Shown here: piece by piece, positions 11,038-18,086 of the stretch
Layout of the letters: every line of letters begins with the position of its first letter
How positions within the stretch are numbered: the first letter of the stretch is position 1
Source of the DNA: an uncultured Verrucomicrobia subdivision 3 bacterium
GTDB taxonomy: Bacteria; Verrucomicrobiota; Verrucomicrobiia; Limisphaerales; UBA11358
Assembly: GCA_903888765.1 (NCBI GenBank)
Contig: CAISVF010000322.1
Coordinates: 1 to 62,507 of the forward strand
Direction: 5' to 3'
DNA length: 62,507 nucleotides
Notes under the pieces: generated by a model
The model's database searches: none
Told to the model about the DNA's origin: nothing
The model's input: only the letters and a program-made list of their open reading frames with translations
Position numbers and translations under genes: made by a program

Positions 11038-11152
11038 CGGCGCGACAAGTTTTTGCCGAAACAATCGCTCTACCACTGAGCTACGGCCCCGACTGATGGA
11101 GCCGGCGAGATTCGAACTCGCGACAGATGTAGTTCCAACGGCATTCGCACCG
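11038..11152 (-). ncRNA. Y RNA cassette Y6 (YrlA-like tRNA mimic)
   Basis: Terminal stem CGGUGCGA/UCGCGCCG, GCGAAUGCC and UUGUCG motifs. Cargo is T-arm GCGAG-UUCGAAU-CUCGC, closed acceptor CGGCUCC/GGGGCCG and D-arm GCUC-AGUGGUA-GAGC, in permuted order. Confidence 0.85.
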
Positions 11153-11183
11153 AAATCATTTAACTGCGTTAACCAACTAAATA

Positions 11184-11315
11184 CGCGACGACAAAAATTG
11201 GAGAAACATTTTCCGCTGCTCTACCAACTGAGCTACCCCAACCTTCTTGCGGTCGGAGGCTGGATTCGAACCAGCGACCATCGGCTTCATGTAGTTTGCT
11301 CCGGCATTCGTCGCG
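11184..11315 (-). ncRNA. Y RNA cassette Y5 (YrlA-like tRNA mimic)
   Basis: Terminal stem CGCGACGA/UCGUCGCG. Cargo is T-arm GCUGG-UUCGAAU-CCAGC, acceptor CUCCGACC/GGUUGGGG and D-arm GCUC-AGUUGGUA-GAGC. Confidence 0.85.
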
Positions 11316-11321
11316 AAAAAC

Positions 11322-11454
11322 TGTGACGACAAAATTTGATGAAACTGATAACGCGCTCTACCCCTGAGCTACGACCCCATGTGTTGGAGTCGGCAGGACT
11401 CGAACCCGCGACCTCGTCCTTATGAGGGATGTAGTTCCATCGGCATTCGTCACA
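11322..11454 (-). ncRNA. Y RNA cassette Y4 (permuted complete tRNA mimic with CAU anticodon loop)
   Basis: Terminal stem UGUGACGA/UCGUCACA. Cargo is UCC-CUCAUAA-GGACG-AGGUC, T-arm, acceptor CGACUCC/GGGGUCG, D-arm, then GCG. Confidence 0.85.
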
Positions 11455-11468
11455 AATTCTGACTGCAA

Positions 11469-11571
11469 TATGGCGACAAGGATTGATGAGAATTCTCAAC
11501 CGGCCTTGCAGCGGGTCGGGCGGAATTCGAATCCGCTGGTTGCCAATGTAATCTCCCCTGCATTCGCCATA
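11469..11571 (-). ncRNA. Y RNA cassette Y3 (T-arm plus hairpin only)
   Basis: Terminal stem UAUGGCGA/UCGCCAUA, GCGAAUGC..UUACAU, and GCGGA-UUCGAAU-UCCGC. No D-arm is present. Confidence 0.75.
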
Positions 11572-11583
11572 AAATTTCAAAGA

Positions 11584-11712
11584 AGCAGCGCGACAATCGG
11601 GTGCAAGACAGTATTGAGCTATTCCGCTTGCGCGGAACCGGGAAACGAACCCGGACGCTCTGGCGTTGGGCCAGTTGCTCTACCATGTAGTCCTGCGGGC
11701 ATTCCCGCCGCT
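11584..11712 (-). ncRNA. Y RNA cassette Y2 (tRNA mimic opened in the D-loop)
   Basis: Terminal stem AGCGGCG/CGCUGCU and inner stem GCAGGAC/GUCUUGC. Cargo is UGGUAGAGC, CUGG/CCAG arm, CCGGG-UUCGUUU-CCCGG, UUCCGC-GCAA-GCGGAA, then UAGCUCAA. Confidence 0.75.
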
Positions 11713-11745
11713 CCAAATTTCTGAAAAATCAATTCCGCTTTCAGA

Positions 11746-11811
11746 GCGGGCCGACAAGTTGTTGCCGAGACAGAACAGGTTAAATGTAGTCTCAAGCGGC
11801 ATTCGGCCCGC
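11746..11811 (-). ncRNA. Y RNA cassette Y1 (minimal 66-nt Ro-binding scaffold, no tRNA domain)
   Basis: GCGGGCCGAAUGCC...UUGAGAC-UACAU...GUCUCGG...UUGUCGGCCCGC carries the same motifs as the other five cassettes. Confidence 0.75.
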
Positions 11812-11831
11812 AAAAAATGGTTTCCACCCCG

Positions 11832-11863
11832 GCCCGGCCACGTCCGGATTGACGTGACCGGGC
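11832..11863 (-). other. 13-bp GC-rich stem-loop immediately after the rsr stop codon
   Basis: GCCCGGUCACGUC-AAUCCG-GACGUGGCCGGGC with no U-tail. It may be an mRNA-stabilising or processing hairpin. Confidence 0.6.
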
Positions 11864-11874
11864 TATTCCTTGGC

Positions 11875-13428
11875 TCACAATGCGAGCGACTCAATCGTTC
11901 CCACCCAGTGATCGGCACCCAACCGGCCTTCAGCGAAGGCGGCGATGACTTGAAACACCTGGTCGGAAAAACCGCCAATGTTCAAGATATCCTCGCGTTC
12001 CAACGCCTGCACCGTCGCGTAAGGCTGGATATCAATACACACCAACCGCGCCTGCGGATTGAACCGTTTAAACACCGACCATTGGCGCATCGTCTCAGTG
12101 CCGCGGCCACCCTTGGCATCCACCCACGACTGGTTGTCGGAGACGAACACCACCAAGTCGCCCTTGGCCTGCTTTTGGTTCAGCCACGCAAGCGGCGCAC
12201 TGCAGTTCGTGCCACCGCCGCCCACGGCGGCGAGCTTCTGGGCGTTGGTCATCACACTATCGCGGCTGTTCAACGACACGTTCACGACGTTATTCTCGAA
12301 GGGCACCACTTCGGCCTGCGGATTCTGGCGCAAGATGGACGCCGCCACCAAGGCCGCCACATCCACACATCGCACCGACGTGGTCGCGCCGGCTCGCTGG
12401 CCCGTCACGGCCGAACCCATCGAACCCGACACATCCGGGCAGACATACACCTTGCCCGCGATGCGCGGAATGTTCTCCGTCGCGACTTCCATCGCGTCCT
12501 GGAGCGCGTCCCGAATCAAGTTCGGCACATCGCCACCGGCCGCTTTGAACGCCATCAACAACTGATACGGAAACACGCGAGCGCGTTTCACCGCGTCGGC
12601 ACTCGCCAGGCGGTTGGCGATCAATTTCACCATGACCTCGTTGTCGAACACGCCGTGCCGAGCAAACGTGTTCAAGTTCATGCGCGTCATCTGCCACGGA
12701 GCTTTCTTCGCGATCGCCGTCCACTCGGCTTTGCCGAGATCCAAGGCGGTCAACATCTGGAAAGCCACGTCCGGCACTTCATCCCGCTGGCCGCCCTTGA
12801 AGGCTTCGAACTGCTTCACGATTCCGGGCAGCGCCGCGGCATTATGTTTCCGACCAAGCAAATAACCGTAGAACGCGTCCCGGGTCGCATTGCCGGGTTT
12901 CGGGTGAACCATCTTGACGAGGTCCGCCAAAGACGGAGCATTGCCCACCGACACTCGGAACAACTGTTCATCCGTGCGGGATTCGAGCCAGCGCTGGACC
13001 AATTTCTTTGGCACCGTGCCGAGTGATTTGCGGCCCACCACACCGGAACGCAACACCTGGACGAAATTGCGGAGCATCTTGCCGTCATCGATCACCCGGT
13101 CGAACACGGTGCGGAGCAATGGCGGATCTTTCACCGACAACGCCGCGCACAATAAGGCCGGCATATCCTTCATGAAACCCTTCTCACGGGCATACACGGC
13201 GGTCTTGGCGACGAACTGCGCGTCCACTTCCTTCGTCAAGGTGAGCACCTTTTGGAGCTGGTCCTCGGCGGAGGCATAATAGGTCGAGTTCAAACAGCCG
13301 GTCGCCGCGTATTGGGCGAGCGCCTGCTTCGGCGCGAGCGTGTAAGCCCGGCCACCCGCTTCGTTGATGGCATCGGTCTGCGGCAAGAGCGCCCCGCGCA
13401 AGGATTGGAATAATGATTGGTTAGCCAT
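11875..13428 (-). CDS. rsr: Ro60-related TROVE-domain RNA-binding protein
   Basis: NEAGGRAY start, TROVE helical region (GFMKDMPALL, RMNLNTF, VFPYQL) and a C-terminal vWA domain with MIDAS DVSGSM, GGGTNC and VSDNQSW. Confidence 0.93.
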   Translation of the reverse strand: MANQSLFQSLRGALLPQTDAINEAGGRAYTLAPKQALAQYAATGCLNSTYYASAEDQLQKVLTLTKEVDAQFVAKTAVYAREKGFMKDMPALLCAALSVKDPPLLRTVFDRVIDDGKMLRNFVQVLRSGVVGRKSLGTVPKKLVQRWLESRTDEQLFRVSVGNAPSLADLVKMVHPKPGNATRDAFYGYLLGRKHNAAALPGIVKQFEAFKGGQRDEVPDVAFQMLTALDLGKAEWTAIAKKAPWQMTRMNLNTFARHGVFDNEVMVKLIANRLASADAVKRARVFPYQLLMAFKAAGGDVPNLIRDALQDAMEVATENIPRIAGKVYVCPDVSGSMGSAVTGQRAGATTSVRCVDVAALVAASILRQNPQAEVVPFENNVVNVSLNSRDSVMTNAQKLAAVGGGGTNCSAPLAWLNQKQAKGDLVVFVSDNQSWVDAKGGRGTETMRQWSVFKRFNPQARLVCIDIQPYATVQALEREDILNIGGFSDQVFQVIAAFAEGRLGADHWVGTIESLAL

Positions 13429-13463
13429 AGATTTTCTTTCGTTTAGTTTCTGCCAATTCTTAA

Positions 13464-13480
13464 AGCAGCCACCGTGCCAA
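13464..13480 (-). promoter_or_regulatory. Sigma54 (-24/-12) promoter of the rsr-Y RNA-rtcB operon
   Basis: Minus strand TTGGCACGGTGGCTGCT has GG-N10-GC spacing, ~35 nt upstream of the rsr ATG and next to a divergent enhancer-binding protein. Confidence 0.85.
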
Positions 13481-13612
13481 CTATAAAAAACGTGGCAATC
13501 CCCACATAAACCTCAATAAATACAGGCAAAAATAATAGTTCAGCTGTGTCAGGCGATTTGGTTTGCCGGATAACCGTACTAGCGGATATGCTAAATAGCA
13601 GGAATTTTAGCT

Positions 13613-15220
13613 ATGACAGCCAGGAAACAGGTGGTGATCGGTCTGCTCGGCAGTGTGCTGGATTACGGCTTTCACCAGGAACGCTGGCATAAGTGGCGCC
13701 CGAGCGTTTCTTTGTGCAAACACGCGGACCTGCCGATTGACCGGTTTGAACTCATTTACGATCCCAAGTTCAAAGACATGGCCAACGTGGTCATGGCGGA
13801 TATTTCCACCGTCTCGCCGGGAACCGAAGTCCGCGGCACCACCCAACCATTGCGTGATCCTTGGGATTTCGAGGAAGTGTATGCCGCGCTGCATGACTTT
13901 GTGCGTGGCTACGAATTCAAGCCGGACACAGAAGATTACCTCGTCCACATCACCACTGGTTCGCATGTGCAGCAGATTTGCCTATTCCTGCTGACCGAGT
14001 CGCGTCATTTTCCGGCGCGCCTGTTGCAAAGCTCGCCGGCGGATGCCAAACGGCGCGGACCTGAAGGGAAGTTCGCCATCATCGATCTCGACCTCTCCAA
14101 ATATGACCGGCTGGCCTCACGATTCGGCAAGGAGCTAAAGGAGGCGCGGACGTTCCTCAAGTCGGGCATTGCCACGCGTAACGAACATTTCAATCAGCTT
14201 ATCGAGCAGATTGAGCATGTCTCAATCAATGCGAAAGATCCTGTCTTGCTGACCGGACCTACGGGCGCGGGAAAGTCGCAGCTCGCCCGGCGCATCTACG
14301 AACTGAAAAAATCACGGCACCAGATCGCGGGAGCATTTGTGGAGGTGAACTGCGCCACGCTGCGCGGCGACTCGGCCATGTCGGCACTCTTCGGCCACGT
14401 CAAAGGGGCGTTCACTGGGGCGGTAAAAGATCGGCCCGGCCTGTTGCGTGCCGCTGACGGGGGCTTGCTTTTCCTGGACGAAATCGGCGAGCTGGGACTG
14501 GACGAACAGGCGATGCTTCTCCGGGCGCTGGAAGAAAAACGCTTTTTGCCTTTCGGTGGCGACTGCGAGGTCACCAGCAATTTTCAATTGATTGCCGGCA
14601 CGAATCGCGATCTGCAACGCGCCGTCCAGGAAGGCCGCTTTCGCGAAGACCTGCTGGCCCGGACCAACCTCTGGACATTTCATCTGCCGGGCTTGCGCCA
14701 ACGTCCGGAGGACATCGAACCCAATCTGGATTACGAGCTGGAACAATTCGCGCGCAAGAGCAGCCAGCGCGTCACCATGAGCAAGGAGGTGCGCGAAGCT
14801 TTTTTGAAATTTGCCCGATCACCGGCGGCAAAATGGACCGCGAATTTTCGTGACTTGAACGCGTGTATTACCCGCATGGCCACGCTGGCACCCGGCGGTC
14901 GCATTACCGCACCCGTCTTGGATGGTGAAATGCAACGCTTGAAGACCGCCTGGACCACGCCGATGGCAAACGATGACCACGGCACCGTGCTTTCTGAAGT
15001 TCTCAGTGACGCAGCGAAAGATCAACTCGACCTATTCGATCAGGCGCAACTGGCTTTCGTCATTCGCGTGTGCCACGAATCCACGACTCTTTCCGACGCC
15101 GGTCGCAAACTCTTCGCCGCCACCCGGGAAAATCGAAAAACCGCCAACGATGCCGATAGGCTTCGCAAATACCTCGCCCGTTTTGACCTCGGTTGGCAGG
15201 ATATAAAATTAAAAAACTAG
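13613..15220 (+). CDS. rtcR: Sigma54-dependent RNA-repair transcriptional activator RtcR
   Basis: N-terminal RtcR/CARF domain (WRPSVSLC, DPWDFEEVY, HITTGSHVQQIC), Walker A GPTGAGKS, GAFTGA, LFLDEIGE and C-terminal NDADRLRKYLARF. Confidence 0.95.
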   Translation: MTARKQVVIGLLGSVLDYGFHQERWHKWRPSVSLCKHADLPIDRFELIYDPKFKDMANVVMADISTVSPGTEVRGTTQPLRDPWDFEEVYAALHDFVRGYEFKPDTEDYLVHITTGSHVQQICLFLLTESRHFPARLLQSSPADAKRRGPEGKFAIIDLDLSKYDRLASRFGKELKEARTFLKSGIATRNEHFNQLIEQIEHVSINAKDPVLLTGPTGAGKSQLARRIYELKKSRHQIAGAFVEVNCATLRGDSAMSALFGHVKGAFTGAVKDRPGLLRAADGGLLFLDEIGELGLDEQAMLLRALEEKRFLPFGGDCEVTSNFQLIAGTNRDLQRAVQEGRFREDLLARTNLWTFHLPGLRQRPEDIEPNLDYELEQFARKSSQRVTMSKEVREAFLKFARSPAAKWTANFRDLNACITRMATLAPGGRITAPVLDGEMQRLKTAWTTPMANDDHGTVLSEVLSDAAKDQLDLFDQAQLAFVIRVCHESTTLSDAGRKLFAATRENRKTANDADRLRKYLARFDLGWQDIKLKN

Positions 15221-15229
15221 TAAATCGCT

Positions 15230-15928
15230 TTACACCTCAAACACGAACAGCTTGGGATCCAAACGCAGACGTGTTCCGTAGATTCCCGCAGCATCCTCGC
15301 GGCCCACAGAAATGACCATGACAACGTTCGCAGCACCGCCCAGACCCAGGATTTTTTTGACCCGCGATTCGTCAAATCCCTCCATCGGACAGGTGGAGTA
15401 ACCCTGCGCCGTGATGGCCAACATAAAATTCTCGCAGGCCAACGCGACGGTTTTGCTCAACGTAGCCCTTAACCCTGATTTGGAAAAAGGCCCGCGCGGC
15501 ACAGGGCGAAACAGACCGACCACAGCAAACACGGCGGATTTTAACAACCCAAGCGAACTGAACCAACCGGGCGTGTAAAACAGCGGCACAATTTTCAGGT
15601 AATAATCCCGCTGTTGCTTGGGAACCGTGCCGCGCTGACCAAGGGTTTCAAGAATGCGTTGTCGGTTACGACGCCAGGTATCTGTTCTGGCCACAAACAC
15701 AACGAGCTCCGCAGCTGTCGCAGCGGTTGCCTGATCGAGGCAGGCCGCAACCAATTGCTTCTTCTTTTCGGGATGAGTCACCCAATAAAATTCCCATGGC
15801 TGCAAGTTGGAGGAGTTGGGTGCGAGCAGGGCCGCTTCAATGGCTTTATCAATCACTGCACGAGCCACTGGTTCATTCAAATATTTGCGGACCGAACGAC
15901 GTTTTTCAATGGCATCAAACAAATTCAT
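15230..15928 (-). CDS. Nitroreductase family protein
   Basis: RRSVRKY, LAPNSSNLQPWEF and GYSTCPMEGFD. The start is placed at MNLFDAIEKRRS. Confidence 0.9.
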   Translation of the reverse strand: MNLFDAIEKRRSVRKYLNEPVARAVIDKAIEAALLAPNSSNLQPWEFYWVTHPEKKKQLVAACLDQATAATAAELVVFVARTDTWRRNRQRILETLGQRGTVPKQQRDYYLKIVPLFYTPGWFSSLGLLKSAVFAVVGLFRPVPRGPFSKSGLRATLSKTVALACENFMLAITAQGYSTCPMEGFDESRVKKILGLGGAANVVMVISVGREDAAGIYGTRLRLDPKLFVFEV

Positions 15929-16129
15929 ATTTGGTAGTATGAAAGAACCGTCGCGTGTTTCCCATTTGATTATGGCCGATTTCTCCGCGTCGCTGGTGAG
16001 TCGAAACGCGCGGCATCCAAATACCCACCAAGGAAGATTTGGAGTAGGGGGACCGAAAATCTGAGACAAATGGCAGGTCTGTTTCAAAGTTTGACTTGCG
16101 TTGCGAGATTGGGTGGACAGAAAAATGCG

Positions 16130-16187
16130 TTAATATCCCCATGAAATACTTGGTTTTTGAGTCCGGATCCCGCCTCTTCCGCCAATC
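16130..16187 (+). repeat. Imperfect direct repeat, copy 2 (tRNA-3'-end-like, att-like)
   Basis: ttaatatccccatgaaatacttggtttttgagtccggatcccgcctcttccgccaatc aligns with 9263-9319. Confidence 0.7.
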
Positions 16188-16214
16188 ATTGTCCAGCCCT
16201 TGACAAGTTGATCG

Positions 16215-18080
16215 TCAAGGATGATCAGCAGTTTCAATGTGGAGGAGATACCACGTTTGCGCTCCGGCGGAGACGAGTTCGACAATCGGCACCTTAAGCA
16301 CGATTTGAGCACGGTGTTCGGCTGCCCATTTTTGGATGGAATCAGAACTTATTTCCGACCAGGCATCCTGTTTAATCACCACCCACCCGGGTTGAGGATG
16401 TTCCACAAATTTTTGTCCTTCCGGGCGTAAATCGTAAACGCGGCGATCACCAAACGGACGCCACAGCGAGTAGCTGGTGTCATTCGATCCGGCAACAAAA
16501 CCGATTTCCCGGACATCGGCGGGCAAGGCGGAACGGATGGGCGCCAAAATATCATTCCGATGGGCATACGCGGTATATGTGGTCGCCAAGCGTTTCAGAG
16601 TATTGTTCTCAGGATGATGACTGGCCAGCCAGACGGACACGGTTTGCGCCGGCCACAGGGGGCGTGCAATTGAGACGAGCAGGACCGGCAAGGTGCCCAA
16701 GGCCATCAGAGCCATAAAAACCATCCAAGTCCGGTGGCGCAAAAGTATGCTTTGGGCGGGCAGCAGCAGCAAGGGAATCAAAGCCAGCGGGTAATAGGGC
16801 AGAAGCAACCTGGGGCCGGCTTCCGAGCCCAATTTGGCCATAAAAACCAACCCAGCCACCCAGGTAGCCAGAGCCACAGGAGGACACAGGGAACCTACAT
16901 TTTTCAGGGAAAACCAGCTTCGAAAATGGCCAGCCGAGACAATAAGCACCACAAGCAGCGGCAGGGTAATGGTCAAATTGAGTCCAGCCCCCTCCTCGCC
17001 CGGTATTTCATTCATTTTGGCCATAAACAGCCGGGGAAACTGTTGGTGCAAAAAATCCGGCAGCGTATCAGTCAAGCGTTGGTGAATCTTATTCGAAACC
17101 GGCAGCACCGGAGGAAACAATGACATTTCCGCCACTAAAAAACCATTGCCCAGCAGACCGGCGACCGGATGGTGAAGCTGCATTTCATATTTATTGTGCG
17201 GGTCCCCATTCCAACTACCGGTGTGTGACTGATTAAAAGCCATGATCGGCAGGGCGGAAACGACCACAGCAGCGAACATCACCACAAGACTGCCGATCCG
17301 GTTTTGCCACAGTACTCGCAGCGCCGGCCAAGCCGCCACCACGCAGGGGAAAGCCAGTGGCAGATTGGACAGCTTCACGCCGGTCATCAGCGCGGCAGCC
17401 AGCAAGGCCAGCCAGAGGTCGGAGCTTTTTCCCGAGTGCCTCGCGCGGAATCCAAAATAAACCGACAACAGGCAAAACAAGGTGCCGACCAAATCATTAC
17501 CGATCCCGCCCGCCTGAGTGGCATACCCATAAGCCAGCGGCAAAAGCCACATCCAGGTCCACGCCACCTTACGCGCCACTCCCAGTTGCCGGAAGATGGA
17601 AAAAAGCAAGCCGGGCAGCAAAAGAAAACCCAGCGCATTAATTAAGAACAGCCACCGGTCCGAACGGGTCAATGTCAGAATCGGCATAGCGATCCACTCC
17701 CAAGCCACGCCGGAATAGTTCATTCGCTCATTAATGGTAGAAATCCAAAAACATTGGCCCGACAGGAGCCAATTGAGCATGCGCGGCAGCCGGTAGGTTA
17801 AAGCATCAAAATTGTTGGGGGCATAGAGCATGCCACCGAGGAAAATCAGGGCGGTGAGCAGGAGATAAATTGCGGGCAGCGGCTGGATAAAACGTCGGGC
17901 CAAGCGGGACCGGCAGAAAACCGGTGGATTTTTTTTGAGCCAAGCCAGCCAGCCCAGCGCGGCTGGCATCAAAGCCAGAACATAGCCCACCGGGTTGAGT
18001 TGGTGCAATAATGCCAATAACCACCCGATGCAATTGAGATACACGCAACTGCAAATCCAGATGGCAAACAAGGTCGGCAT
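16215..18080 (-). CDS. Polytopic membrane protein, probable GT-C/ArnT-like glycosyltransferase
   Basis: Many TM helices, a PNNFDALTYRLPR loop, and GNDL and GVK motifs. It lies directly downstream of a DPM1-like GT2. Confidence 0.6.
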   Translation of the reverse strand: MPTLFAIWICSCVYLNCIGWLLALLHQLNPVGYVLALMPAALGWLAWLKKNPPVFCRSRLARRFIQPLPAIYLLLTALIFLGGMLYAPNNFDALTYRLPRMLNWLLSGQCFWISTINERMNYSGVAWEWIAMPILTLTRSDRWLFLINALGFLLLPGLLFSIFRQLGVARKVAWTWMWLLPLAYGYATQAGGIGNDLVGTLFCLLSVYFGFRARHSGKSSDLWLALLAAALMTGVKLSNLPLAFPCVVAAWPALRVLWQNRIGSLVVMFAAVVVSALPIMAFNQSHTGSWNGDPHNKYEMQLHHPVAGLLGNGFLVAEMSLFPPVLPVSNKIHQRLTDTLPDFLHQQFPRLFMAKMNEIPGEEGAGLNLTITLPLLVVLIVSAGHFRSWFSLKNVGSLCPPVALATWVAGLVFMAKLGSEAGPRLLLPYYPLALIPLLLLPAQSILLRHRTWMVFMALMALGTLPVLLVSIARPLWPAQTVSVWLASHHPENNTLKRLATTYTAYAHRNDILAPIRSALPADVREIGFVAGSNDTSYSLWRPFGDRRVYDLRPEGQKFVEHPQPGWVVIKQDAWSEISSDSIQKWAAEHRAQIVLKVPIVELVSAGAQTWYLLHIETADHP

Positions 18081-18086
18081 GTCCCG

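Noticed and set aside
11014-11076. N-terminal extension of rtcB given by the ORF track
   Set aside because: It overlaps Y-RNA cassette Y6. ATG at 11013 has a purine-rich leader and gives a plausible protein.
11038-11811. CRISPR array or ordinary tRNA gene cluster
   Set aside because: The repeated parts are short split motifs with covarying stems rather than identical direct repeats, and no cas genes are present. The tRNA arms are in permuted order, with closed acceptor stems and no CCA ends.
10955-11978. Short ORFs across the rsr-rtcB spacer
   Set aside because: They are translations of structured RNA sequence with no protein-like features.
11854-13026. Long antisense ORFs opposite rsr (and similar ones opposite rtcB, purM, DUF58 and the sulfatases)
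   Set aside because: These are shadow ORFs expected from GC-rich codon bias. The opposite strand has clear family motifs.
15929-16087. N-terminal extension of the nitroreductase
   Set aside because: Family similarity starts at MNLFDAIEKRRS, and the upstream peptide looks non-coding.
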